Shown one piece after another: positions 24,791-34,258 of a stretch of 64,000 nt of DNA. Position numbers and translations under genes: made by a program. Positions within the stretch are counted from its first letter, which is position 1; the number at the start of each line of letters is the position of its first letter. The notes beneath the pieces are model-generated. The model did no database searches. It saw only the letters and a program-made list of their open reading frames with translations, and was not told where the DNA came from. This DNA comes from Clostridiales bacterium (GTDB lineage Bacteria; Bacillota; Clostridia; Oscillospirales; Oscillospiraceae): the NCBI GenBank assembly GCA_019418025.1, contig DYCR01000003.1, positions 7,438 through 71,437 of the forward strand, read 5' to 3'.

Positions 24791-26020
24791 ATGAAAAAGT
24801 TTACCGCAATGCTGTTGGTCGTGTTCCTTGTGATGGGTCTGTTCGCAGGCTGCGCAGGCGATCCCTCTGAAACCGCTCCCGACGGCCAGACCACCGCCGC
24901 AAAGGACATCAAGGTCGGCTTCATCTTCCTGCACGACGAAAACTCCACCTACGACAAGAACTTCATCGACGCAGCCAACCGCGTGAAGGAGGCACTGGGT
25001 CTTTCCGACGATCAGGTTTTCTTCAAGACCAACATCCCCGAGAGCAACGAATGCTACGAGGCTGCTGCGGATCTGGCTGACCGGGGCTGCAATGTGGTTT
25101 TTGCCGACAGCTTCGGTCACGAGCCCTTCATGGCTCAGGCCGCTCAGGAATACCCCGAGGTTCAGTTCTGCCACGCAACCGGCACCACTGCACACACTGC
25201 AGGCATCCCCAACCTGCACAACGCCTTTGCCTCCATCTATGAGGGCCGCTATCTGGCCGGCATTGCCGCAGGCATGAAGCTCAACGAAATGATCGAAAAG
25301 GGCGAATTCACCGCCGAGGAGGCAAAGATCGGCTACGTTGGCGCATTCACCTATGCCGAGGTCATCTCCGGCTACACATCCTTCTTCCTGGGCGCACGCT
25401 CCGTCTGCCCCAGTGTGACCATGGAGGTCCAGTTCACCGGCAGCTGGTACGACGAGACTGCCGAAAAAGAGGCCGCCAACACACTGATCAACCGGGGCTG
25501 CAAGCTGATCAGCCAGCATGCCGACTCCATGGGCGCCCCCACTGCCTGTGAATCCGCCGGCGTTCCCAACGTTTCCTACAACGGCAGCACCGTGGCCGCC
25601 TGCCCCAACACCTTCATCGTATCCTCCAGCATCAACTGGGCTCCCTACTTCACCTACATGATCGAATCTGTCATGAACGGCACCGAGATCGCTGCCGACT
25701 GGTGCAAGGGCATGGGCGACGAGGCCGTTGTCCTGTCTGAGCTGAACGAGAAGGCCGCCGCTGCCGGCACCGCAGAAAAGCTGGAGGAGGCAAAGGCAAA
25801 GCTGATCTCCGGCGAGCTGCACGTGTTCGACACCGCCACCTTCACCGTAGACGGAAAGACCGTGGAGTCCTTCCTTGCAGACGTGGACACCGATCCTGAC
25901 TACACCCCCGACACCGAGGTGGTCAGCGACGGCTACTTCCATGAGTCTGAGATGCGCGCCGCTCCCTACTTCACTTTGGATGTGGACGGCATCACTCTGC
26001 TGAACAAGGCATTTGCATAA
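24791..26020 (+). CDS. BMP-family (PnrA-like) nucleoside-binding lipoprotein of an ABC importer
   Basis: GGAGG RBS. MKKFTAMLLVVFLVMGLFAGC lipobox. IKVGFIFLHDENSTYDKNF... is typical of the BMP family. Confidence 0.85.
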   Translation: MKKFTAMLLVVFLVMGLFAGCAGDPSETAPDGQTTAAKDIKVGFIFLHDENSTYDKNFIDAANRVKEALGLSDDQVFFKTNIPESNECYEAAADLADRGCNVVFADSFGHEPFMAQAAQEYPEVQFCHATGTTAHTAGIPNLHNAFASIYEGRYLAGIAAGMKLNEMIEKGEFTAEEAKIGYVGAFTYAEVISGYTSFFLGARSVCPSVTMEVQFTGSWYDETAEKEAANTLINRGCKLISQHADSMGAPTACESAGVPNVSYNGSTVAACPNTFIVSSSINWAPYFTYMIESVMNGTEIAADWCKGMGDEAVVLSELNEKAAAAGTAEKLEEAKAKLISGELHVFDTATFTVDGKTVESFLADVDTDPDYTPDTEVVSDGYFHESEMRAAPYFTLDVDGITLLNKAFA

Positions 26021-26119
26021 GCAACGAAATCGATCAGGGCGAGGTGAGCTGCCTCGCCCTACATTTCTTTTTACCATACCACAAAAAGCAATCTACTTTG
26101 CGAAACAGGAGTGTAAACA

Positions 26120-27655
26120 ATGGGATCTGCGGCAATTGAATTGAAGCATATTACAAAGACCTTCGGCAGCATTGTTGCCAACAAGGACGTGAATCTGACC
26201 GTGAACCGAGGGGAGATCCTGTCCATCCTCGGAGAAAACGGCAGCGGAAAAACCACCCTGATGAACATGATCTCGGGCATCTATTTTCCGGATCACGGCT
26301 CCATTTACATTGACGGCAAGGAGGCGGTCATCCGCTCCCCCAAGGACGCCTTTCGCCACGGCATCGGCATGATCCATCAGCATCTGAAGCTGGTAGACGT
26401 ATTTTCCGCCGCCGAAAACATCGTTCTGGGCTATCGGGAGGAGGGCGGCTTCCACATCAAGCGGTCTGCCGAACGGATCGCAAAAATCAGCAGCCAGTAC
26501 GGCTTTGACATCGACCCCAACAAAAAGATCTACGAAATGTCCATTTCGGAAAAGCAGACGGTGGAGATCGTCAAGGTGCTGTACCGAGGGGCGGACATCC
26601 TGATCCTGGACGAGCCCACCGCCGTCCTGACCCCGCAGGAGACCCAGAAGCTCTTTGCCATCCTGCGCCGCATGCGTGACGACGGCAAGGCCATCATAAT
26701 CATCACCCACAAAATGCACGAAGTACTGGAGCTTTCCGACCGAGTCTCGGTCCTGCGCAAGGGCGAGTACATCGGCACCGTCAACACCGCCCAGACCAAC
26801 GAGGCAGAGCTGACGGAGATGATGGTGGGCAAAAAGATCTCCCTGAACATCCACCGCAGTCAGCCCAAGGACCCCGTTGACCGACTGGAGGTGCGCCACC
26901 TCAACTGCGTCAGCCGAGACGGCGTCAAGCTGCTCAACGACGTTTCCTTCACCCTCCGCTCGGGCGAAATTCTGGGTATTGCCGGAATTGCGGGCAGCGG
27001 TCAGCGGGAGCTGCTTGAGTCCATTGCCGGACTGCAGCATCTGCAAAGCGGTGAGGTCCTCTACCACGATCCCAAGACCGATCAGACCGAAAATCTGCGG
27101 GACAAGACCCCCTTGCAGATCCGTCAGCTGGGTGTGCGGCTGTCCTTTGTGCCGGAGGACCGGCTCGGCATGGGTCTGGTGGGCAACATGGACATCGTGG
27201 ACAACATGATGCTGCGCAGCTACCGCAAGGGCAGATCCTTCTTTCTGGAGCGCAAGGCTCCCAAGGATCTGGCGGAGCGCATCATCGAGGAGCTGGAGGT
27301 GGCAACTCCGGACGCCAACACTCCGGTGCGCCGCCTGTCCGGCGGCAACGTGCAGAAGGTTCTGGTGGGTCGGGAGATCGCCGCAGCCCCCACGGTACTG
27401 ATGGTGGCATATCCCGTCCGCGGACTGGATATCAATTCCTCTTATATGATCTACAATCTGCTCAATCAGCAGAAGGAACAGGGCGTCGCCATCATTTTCG
27501 TCGGCGAGGATCTGGACGTGCTGCTGGAGCTGTGCGACCGGGTAATGGTCATCGGCTCCGGCAGGATCACAGGGACAGTGGATGCCCGCAGCGCAGCCAA
27601 AGAAGAGATCGGCCGTCTGATGACCGGCGCCGGCAGAGGTGAAGAGAATGAGTAA
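26120..27655 (+). CDS. ABC transporter ATP-binding protein (duplicated ATPase, nucleoside/sugar type)
   Basis: 511 aa. Walker A GENGSGKTT and a second GIAGSGQRE. Signatures LSISEKQ / LSGGNVQK. Confidence 0.9.
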   Translation: MGSAAIELKHITKTFGSIVANKDVNLTVNRGEILSILGENGSGKTTLMNMISGIYFPDHGSIYIDGKEAVIRSPKDAFRHGIGMIHQHLKLVDVFSAAENIVLGYREEGGFHIKRSAERIAKISSQYGFDIDPNKKIYEMSISEKQTVEIVKVLYRGADILILDEPTAVLTPQETQKLFAILRRMRDDGKAIIIITHKMHEVLELSDRVSVLRKGEYIGTVNTAQTNEAELTEMMVGKKISLNIHRSQPKDPVDRLEVRHLNCVSRDGVKLLNDVSFTLRSGEILGIAGIAGSGQRELLESIAGLQHLQSGEVLYHDPKTDQTENLRDKTPLQIRQLGVRLSFVPEDRLGMGLVGNMDIVDNMMLRSYRKGRSFFLERKAPKDLAERIIEELEVATPDANTPVRRLSGGNVQKVLVGREIAAAPTVLMVAYPVRGLDINSSYMIYNLLNQQKEQGVAIIFVGEDLDVLLELCDRVMVIGSGRITGTVDARSAAKEEIGRLMTGAGRGEENE

Positions 27656-28760
27656 AAAATATACACAGGTAAAAGAGCCCCTTTTCCACATCGTCAAGCG
27701 GGGCTCCATGGTTTGGTGGCACGCATGGATCGTGCGGGCCGTGGCGATTTTGGCGGCGATGGTGGTATGCGCACTGATCACCGTGGCCCTGACGGGCGAA
27801 AACCCTCTGGGGGTCTATGTGACCATGTTCGACGGTGCCTTCGGCACCAAGCGCAGGATCTGGGGTCTTTTGCAGAATGTCGCCATGCTGCTGTGCGTGT
27901 CACTGGCAGTCACCCCCGCATTTAAAATGAAGTACTGGAACATCGGTGCAGAGGGTCAGGTCCTCGTGGGCGGCCTTGCCACCGCGGCATGCATGATCCT
28001 GTTCGGGGACAAGGTCCCGACCGCCGCGCTGTTTGCCATGATGATCGTGGGCAGCATTCTGGCCGGAGCCATCTGGGCGGTGATCCCCGCCTACTTCCGG
28101 GCAAAGTGGAACACAAACGAGACACTGTTCACCCTGATGATGAACTACATCGCCATTCAGCTGGTGTCCTACTTCACCTATCAGTGGTCCGTGCCGAAGG
28201 GCTCCGGTCAGATCGGTGTCATCAACGGCACCACCAAGGCCGGATGGATGCCCGTGCTGTTCGGACATCCCTATCTGCTGAACATCCTCATCGTGGTGGT
28301 GCTGACGGTGCTGATGTACATCTACCTGAACTACACCAAGCACGGCTACGAGATCGAAGTAGTCGGCGAAAGCGAAAACACCGCCCGATACATCGGCGTG
28401 AACATCAAGAAGGTCATCATCCGCACCATGCTCATTTCCGGCGGTCTGTGCGGCATCAGCGGCCTGCTTCTGGTCAGCGGCACCGACCACACCCTCACCC
28501 GTGATCTGGCCGCCGGACGGGGCTTCACCGCCATCATGGTGTCGTGGCTTGCCAAGTTCAATCCGTTTTACATGGTGCTGACCTCTCTGCTCATCGTCTT
28601 TTTGCAAAAGGGCGCCGTTGAGATCTCCACCATATACAGCCTCAACGCCTCGTTCTCTGACATTTTGACCGGGATCATCATTTTCTTCATCATCGGCAGC
28701 GAATTTTTCGTCAATTACAGCGTCAAGTTCCGTGAGTCGAAAAAGGAGGGCGCAAAGTAA
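27648..28760 (+). CDS. ABC transporter permease (BMP-type importer)
   Basis: ATG at 27648 behind GAGGTGAAG overlaps the ATPase stop. Multi-TM. Confidence 0.85.
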   Translation: MSKKYTQVKEPLFHIVKRGSMVWWHAWIVRAVAILAAMVVCALITVALTGENPLGVYVTMFDGAFGTKRRIWGLLQNVAMLLCVSLAVTPAFKMKYWNIGAEGQVLVGGLATAACMILFGDKVPTAALFAMMIVGSILAGAIWAVIPAYFRAKWNTNETLFTLMMNYIAIQLVSYFTYQWSVPKGSGQIGVINGTTKAGWMPVLFGHPYLLNILIVVVLTVLMYIYLNYTKHGYEIEVVGESENTARYIGVNIKKVIIRTMLISGGLCGISGLLLVSGTDHTLTRDLAAGRGFTAIMVSWLAKFNPFYMVLTSLLIVFLQKGAVEISTIYSLNASFSDILTGIIIFFIIGSEFFVNYSVKFRESKKEGAK

Positions 28761-29746
28761 TGTTTATTGCATTTATTCAACGAGCCGTGGTTCAGGGCAT
28801 CCCCCTTCTGTTCGGCTCCACCGGCGAGATCATCACCGAAAAATCCGGCAACCTGAATCTGGGCATCCCCGGCATCATGTACGTGGGCGGCATCTGCGGT
28901 GTCATCGGCGCGTTCCTTTACGAGCGGTCGCTGCCCAGTCCCGAGGCCATCAATCCCCTTTTGGCGGTGCTGATCCCCCTGCTGTGCTGCATGCTCGGCT
29001 CCCTTCTGGTGGGCCTGATCTATGGCTTTTTGACTATCACCCTGCGGGCCAACCAAAATGTCACCGGTCTTGCCCTGACCACCTTCGGCGTGGGCTTCGG
29101 CAATTTCTTCGGCGGCTCCCTCATCAAGCTGGTGCACAGTGACATGCCCTCCATCGCCCTGACTGCCACCAGCAACTGCTTCCGCACACAGCTGCCCTTT
29201 GCAGACCGCATGGGGTGGTTCGGGCAGATCTTCCTGTCTTACAGCTTCCTTGCCTACACGGCGATCATCCTTGCTCTGGCTGCATCCTACGTGCTGAACC
29301 GGACCCGTGTGGGCCTTCAGCTCCGTGCCGTGGGCGAAAGTCCCACCACGGCAGATGCCGCAGGCGTCAACGTGGGTGCCTACAAGTACATCGCCACCTG
29401 TGTCGGCAGCGTGGTGGCAGGTCTCGGTGGCCTTTACTATGTGATGGACTACGCCAACGGTGTCTGGTCCAACGACGGCTTCGGCGACCGGGGTTGGCTT
29501 GCCATCGCACTGGTCATCTTTGCCGTCTGGAAGCCCAGCATGAGCATTCTGGGCTCCATCCTCTTCGGCGGACTGTTCATCGTCCACAACTACATCCCCA
29601 ACCTCAGCGTGGCATCTCAGGAGCTTTTCAAGATGCTTCCCTACGTGGTCACCATTCTGGTGCTTCTGGTGGTGAGCATGCGCAAAAAGCGCGAGAGCCA
29701 ACCCCCCGCAAGTCTGGGTCTTTCCTACTTCCGGGAGGAACGGTGA
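28760..29746 (+). CDS. ABC transporter permease (BMP-type importer, second subunit)
   Basis: TAATG stop/start overlap at 28758-28762. Multi-TM, 328 aa. Confidence 0.85.
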   Translation: MFIAFIQRAVVQGIPLLFGSTGEIITEKSGNLNLGIPGIMYVGGICGVIGAFLYERSLPSPEAINPLLAVLIPLLCCMLGSLLVGLIYGFLTITLRANQNVTGLALTTFGVGFGNFFGGSLIKLVHSDMPSIALTATSNCFRTQLPFADRMGWFGQIFLSYSFLAYTAIILALAASYVLNRTRVGLQLRAVGESPTTADAAGVNVGAYKYIATCVGSVVAGLGGLYYVMDYANGVWSNDGFGDRGWLAIALVIFAVWKPSMSILGSILFGGLFIVHNYIPNLSVASQELFKMLPYVVTILVLLVVSMRKKRESQPPASLGLSYFREER

Positions 29747-29762
29747 GTCATCCAAAAGGAAA

Positions 29763-29794
29763 CTGCCCGAAAGCCAAATGGTGCTTTCGGGCAG
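29763..29794 (+). repeat. Solo H4-like hairpin related to the right end of the ~200-bp element
   Basis: CTGCCCGAAAGC-CAAATGGT-GCTTTCGGGCAG, followed by AACGA and a host terminator (29803-29837). Same junction architecture as the full copies. Confidence 0.55.
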
Positions 29795-29835
29795 AACGAC
29801 ACGAGCAGCGTAACATCGGTTACGCTGCTCATTTT

Positions 29836-30699
29836 TTATCTTCTGTAAATGACGGCCATCATATCGGGGCCGGTGTTGATGGAGATGATATTGCCCACAG
29901 GATAGCTCAGCATAGGGGGCTGATCCAGCTCCGCCTCGCAGGCCTCCTTCAGCTTTTCGTAGATCTCCGGATTGTTTCCGTAGACCAGACAGTAAGGCGT
30001 ACCGGGCTTGCGCTCTTTCTTCACAATGTCCAGAAGGCCGCTGACCGCCCGCTTGTCTCCCCGGAACTTGGTCACCACCTTGGATGCGCCGTCCTCAAAG
30101 GTGATGGCAGGCTTCAGCCCCATGGCATCCCCCACAAAGGCCGCCGCCGCACTGACACGGCCGGATTTGCGGACGAACCGCAGGTTCATCGGCACAAACA
30201 TGCCCCGTCCATGCTCCACCCCGTGGGTGATGGTCTCGATGACCGCCTGAGGCTCCGCCCCATCCTTTGCAAGCTTCGCCCCCTCCAGAACCGCCATGCC
30301 GTAGACCATGGAATAGGTCTTGGAGTCGATGATGTGGATGGTCAGCTGTCCTGCCGCTTCGGGATGCTCTTCAAAGAACAGGTCTCTGGTGATCACCGCC
30401 GCCTGATAGGTGCCGGAGCCCTTGGAGTTCAGCGCCGTATGGATCAGGTGGGTATAGCCCTCTTTCCATGTCTGCTCATAGAGCCGGGTGTAGCGCTCGG
30501 CGCTGACCTGACTGGTGGTGGGCAGCTCCTCACTGGTTTCCAGAAGGTCATAAAATTCATGGGGAGCCATGTCAATGCCGTCCAGATATTCGCTGTTTCC
30601 TGCATAAATGGTCAGGGGCAGGACGGCAATATTCAGCTCCTGCGCCAGTTCATGGGGAATATCGGAAGTAGAGTCTGTCGAGACTTTGATTTTATACAT
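29836..30699 (-). CDS. DegV-family fatty-acid-binding protein
   Basis: 287 aa. MYKIKVSTDSTSDIPHELAQELNIAVLPLTI... is a typical DegV N-terminus. Confidence 0.88.
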   Translation of the reverse strand: MYKIKVSTDSTSDIPHELAQELNIAVLPLTIYAGNSEYLDGIDMAPHEFYDLLETSEELPTTSQVSAERYTRLYEQTWKEGYTHLIHTALNSKGSGTYQAAVITRDLFFEEHPEAAGQLTIHIIDSKTYSMVYGMAVLEGAKLAKDGAEPQAVIETITHGVEHGRGMFVPMNLRFVRKSGRVSAAAAFVGDAMGLKPAITFEDGASKVVTKFRGDKRAVSGLLDIVKKERKPGTPYCLVYGNNPEIYEKLKEACEAELDQPPMLSYPVGNIISINTGPDMMAVIYRR

Positions 30700-30864
30700 A
30701 AATGCTTGAATCCTTTCTCAGGGGGGAGTATCCATGAGGCATAATATCCTGATGTGTATAGCATACTATGATAATATACCGAATTTCCCCCAAAAAATCA
30801 AGCCGTTTCCACCCATCTCCCGTCTCCGGCAGAAAAAAGCCGGTCACTGCTCAGGCAGCGACCG

Positions 30865-31068
30865 ACCGCAGCGTGTCAAGGAGCCTGCCAGAATGTTCCG
30901 CTTTTGCGGCAAAAAGATAGAAATCATGTTCCCCGGGGGCGTGTACCTCGGGGAACATACTGCTCAGCCTGAGAGTGTGGAATTTCCCCGTCAGTGACGG
31001 GGAAATTATGCGCGGGTCAGGCTGTAAAAATTGCCCGAAAGCCCTGAAAGGGGGTTTCGGGCAATATT
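30865..31068 (+). repeat. ~200-bp interspersed structured element, copy 5 (perfect 28-bp flanking direct repeats 30837-30864 / 31069-31096; variant left arm)
   Basis: Both flanks read AAGCCGGTCACTGCTCAGGCAGCGACCG, the nahK terminator hairpin. Core aligns with the other copies from H1 onward. Confidence 0.9.
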
Positions 31069-31108
31069 AAGCCGGTCACTGCTCAGGCAGCGACCGGCTG
31101 AAAGGGTC

Positions 31109-32233
31109 TTACTTTGCGTACTTTGCAACAACGGCATGCATGGCATCAAACTGCTCTTCCATGTCCTTGACCAGCTTGAACTGGGTACGGCAGCGGTCCA
31201 GATTATGCTCCGGACGATGGATGCGGAAGTAGTGGTCACCGTCAAGATAGTCGGTCAGGAAGCGGATACCGCACTCCAGTGTCATCAGACGGGCGCCCCA
31301 AGGCAGGTACTCCAGTTCCTCCTTGGTCAGGCCGCCGTCGGCTCCCTCCAAAAAGCCCCGGGTGAACACCTCGTACAGACCAATATCGAAGTTGACCTTG
31401 GACAGATCCTTCTCATCCTCAGCGGAGTTGTTCGCACCAAAGCGGATGGAGTCGCCGAAGTCGTTCATGGACAGACCGGGCATAGTGGTATCCAGATCGA
31501 TGACACAGATGCCCTCACCGGTGGCACGGTCCACCAGAATGTTGTTCAGCTTGGTGTCATTGTGGGTCACCCGCAGGGGCAGCTTGCCCTCACGCAGGGC
31601 CTGCAGGGCAACCGAGCAGTCGGCCTTGCGGTCACGGACGAACCGGATCTCCTCGGCAACATCCTTGGCCCGATCCATCTTGTCAGCTGCCAGAGCCGCC
31701 TCAAACTTTGCATAGCGGTCCTCGGTGTCATGGAACTTCACGATGGTCTCGTGGAGGGTCTGGGCAGGGTAGCCGTTCAGCAGCTTCTGGAAGCGGCCGA
31801 AGGCCCGTGCCGAAGCCTCGAACAGCTCGGGGGTCGCCTTCTGGAAGCAGTCGGTGCCCTCGATGAAGGGGGTCAGTCTCCAGACCTTGCCGTTGGAATC
31901 GGTGTAGAAGTCCCTGCCCTCCTTGGTTTTCACCAGAGACAGGGTCTCGCGCATGGGATCACCGCCGTTGGCTGTGATCTTTTCACGCAGGAAGGAGGTG
32001 ATGCCCACAAAGTTCTCCATCAACTCCTCCGGATGGGGGAAGGCAGCACTGGACAGGCCCTGCAAAATGAAGCGGACGGCATCGCCCTCCTGAGGCTGGC
32101 AGACCACGCAGAAGGTGTCGTTGATGTGGCCCTGACCGTAGCGGACTGCGCCCAGCAGGGTCCCAGGGAACTGGTAAGCGGCGAGAACCTCTTGCAGGAT
32201 CTGGTCATCTGCCGGAATAAAGGGTGTGTTCAT
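31109..32233 (-). CDS. nahK: N-acetylhexosamine 1-kinase
   Basis: 374 aa. LPLRVTHNDTKLNNILVD...IDLDTTMPG...FGDSIRFGAN...LECGIRFLTDYL..PEHNL closely parallels Bifidobacterium NahK as I recall it. Confidence 0.85.
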   Translation of the reverse strand: MNTPFIPADDQILQEVLAAYQFPGTLLGAVRYGQGHINDTFCVVCQPQEGDAVRFILQGLSSAAFPHPEELMENFVGITSFLREKITANGGDPMRETLSLVKTKEGRDFYTDSNGKVWRLTPFIEGTDCFQKATPELFEASARAFGRFQKLLNGYPAQTLHETIVKFHDTEDRYAKFEAALAADKMDRAKDVAEEIRFVRDRKADCSVALQALREGKLPLRVTHNDTKLNNILVDRATGEGICVIDLDTTMPGLSMNDFGDSIRFGANNSAEDEKDLSKVNFDIGLYEVFTRGFLEGADGGLTKEELEYLPWGARLMTLECGIRFLTDYLDGDHYFRIHRPEHNLDRCRTQFKLVKDMEEQFDAMHAVVAKYAK

Positions 32234-32389
32234 GTTGGTTCCTCCAATTTCTTTGTTAGTTCTTGACTAAATTATAGTATGAATCACCAATATAAGCAAT
32301 GTTGTTACAGATTCATGTGGTACATATTTGAACACTTTGCAGTCAAGCCGCCCACCAAAAACCTCAAGCACCCCCTCTGCCCCCGTCGA

Positions 32390-33367
32390 TCAGAGCAGAC
32401 TGCTTACGCACACAACAGCGCACAGCACCGCAAACAGGATCATGCCTGCGTTGCCGTACACCGTTTTGAAGCGATGCTCCTTCGGAAGCTCTTCCTCAGC
32501 CGGCAGCCAGACAAGCTGACGCACCTTGATGCACAGCAGGACCAACCCCACCACGCTCAGACCGAGGATCGCCAGTATATAAAGCAGCATCCCCAAAAGC
32601 CCGGGCAGCACCGACAGGACCATCGACTCATCCGCCATTCCGGCCGCCATCTGCATGAGGGTATCCATATCCACCAAGGACATCACCAGAGGTGCCAGAA
32701 CCGCACCCATGAAATTGATGATCATGTGCATGATGACCGGATAGCGCAGCCGATGGGTGCGGGTGTAAACATATGCAAAGACCAGTCCCAAGGCAAAGGC
32801 ATAGAAAAACTGGAACAGATTCATGTGGAACAGGGCAAAGCTCACTGCCGAAAACAGGATCGCCGTCTTTTCACCGTAGCGGCCGAGGCGGTCGATGATC
32901 TGCTTTCTGAACACAAATTCCTCCAGCAGGGGCGCAAGGATCACGATCACGAGGATCTTCAGGGGGCTGTCATTAAAAAGATAGCCCAGTATCGCATTGT
33001 TGGCACCGCCGCCGGACAGGAGCATGGAAAGGATCGTCCCGATCAGGTTTCCGGCATACATCAGCGGGAAGCACATCAGCAGAAACGAAAAGAAGTTTTT
33101 GCCTCCGAATTTTTCGCCCGTTTTCTGCTGAGCAGGGGCCTTGCTCATGACCCATACACCAACGGGCACGCCCACCGCATAAAGGGGCAGGAAGGTCGCA
33201 AGCCACACGATCCAGTCTGCCTGATTGGTATCAAAGCCGTTTTGGACGAGGGCGCCTATCCCCGCCATGATCAGCAGCTGCAAAACACTGGTGATGCCGG
33301 ACATGGCAAACAGTCCCCAGCCCACCCGACTGAAGGATCTGGGCGCATTTGTTGTTGAATCTTTCAT
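32390..33367 (-). CDS. CPBP-family (CAAX) intramembrane glutamic protease
   Basis: 325 aa, polytopic. APLLEEFVFRK and FSAVSFALFH motifs. Confidence 0.8.
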   Translation of the reverse strand: MKDSTTNAPRSFSRVGWGLFAMSGITSVLQLLIMAGIGALVQNGFDTNQADWIVWLATFLPLYAVGVPVGVWVMSKAPAQQKTGEKFGGKNFFSFLLMCFPLMYAGNLIGTILSMLLSGGGANNAILGYLFNDSPLKILVIVILAPLLEEFVFRKQIIDRLGRYGEKTAILFSAVSFALFHMNLFQFFYAFALGLVFAYVYTRTHRLRYPVIMHMIINFMGAVLAPLVMSLVDMDTLMQMAAGMADESMVLSVLPGLLGMLLYILAILGLSVVGLVLLCIKVRQLVWLPAEEELPKEHRFKTVYGNAGMILFAVLCAVVCVSSLL

Positions 33368-33584
33368 GTTATACCTCCTTTTCCGATCCGCAAAGCCGAA
33401 CAGCTGTATGGGGCCACGGCCCTTGCCGTTTCCAAAATACTCTCATTTTCCACAATATATCGCAGGATAAACGCCGTTTTGCTGTTCAGTTTCACGATAA
33501 ATACATGATACTATGCCCCCCTTATGCTTGTCAATGAATGGTGTCTGGTTTTATGCTTAATAATTTTAAAAGATCCCCTTCTTT

Positions 33585-33627
33585 AAAAAATGCCCAAAAG
33601 CCCTTTTAGGGCTTTCGGGCAGACCGA
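33585..33627 (+). repeat. Solo right-end fragment of the ~200-bp element
   Basis: AAAAAATGCCCAAAAGCCCTTTTAGGGCTTTCGGGCAGACCGA matches the last ~43 nt of the full copies. Followed by the host hairpin AGCGGCAGTCAG..CTGACTGCCGCT (33628-33660). Confidence 0.6.
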
Positions 33628-33672
33628 AGCGGCAGTCAGACATTTGCCTGACTGCCGCTTGAGACGAATCGG

Positions 33673-34164
33673 TTATTTAAATTCCTCAGGGACAAAGTCC
33701 AGAGTGATCTCCTGCACACTGGGCTCCAGTCTGGTGTAGCAGACCCCTGCCGCATCCAGCATGCGCTTGGATGCCATGGTCGCCATGGAGTCAGCATACT
33801 TATCCGATAAGTACACCACTTCCCTCACGCCGCTCTGAATGATGGCCTTGGCGCACTCGTTGCAGGGAAACAGCGCCACATACAGCTTGCTGCCCCGCAG
33901 GTCACGGCCGTTGGCATTTAAGATCGCATTCAGCTCCGCATGGACCACATAGGGGTATTTGGTCTGCTCCCCCACCCGCTCCCAAGGGAACTCGTCATCA
34001 GAGCAGCCCTTCGGCATGCCGTTGTAGCCGGTGGAAATGATGATGTTATCCTGCGACACGATGCAGGCACCGACCTGTGTGTTGGGGTCCTTGCTCCGGC
34101 GGGCCGCCAGCATGGCAACGCCCATGAAGTATTCGTCCCAGCTGATGTAATCTGCACGCTTCAT
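33673..34164 (-). CDS. dCMP deaminase (ComEB-like)
   Basis: ATG at 34164 behind GGAGGA. ISWDEYFMGVAMLAARRSKDP..., HAELNAI and PCNECAK zinc motifs. Confidence 0.88.
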   Translation of the reverse strand: MKRADYISWDEYFMGVAMLAARRSKDPNTQVGACIVSQDNIIISTGYNGMPKGCSDDEFPWERVGEQTKYPYVVHAELNAILNANGRDLRGSKLYVALFPCNECAKAIIQSGVREVVYLSDKYADSMATMASKRMLDAAGVCYTRLEPSVQEITLDFVPEEFK

Positions 34165-34258
34165 ATGGTTTCCTCCAAAGGTAAAATCAGGTTGCTCCGC
34201 CACAACGTCCCCCGGTCAAATCCCTGAGAACCGCCGTGAAGGATCGGAAAAGGTGGGC

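Noticed and set aside
4011-31096. Whether the five repeats plus duplicated hairpins could be a CRISPR array or a REP/BIME cluster.
   Set aside because: The copies are 7-11 kb apart, lie in both orientations, and are about 200 bp long with complex internal structure. There are no regularly spaced short repeats and no cas genes in the window.
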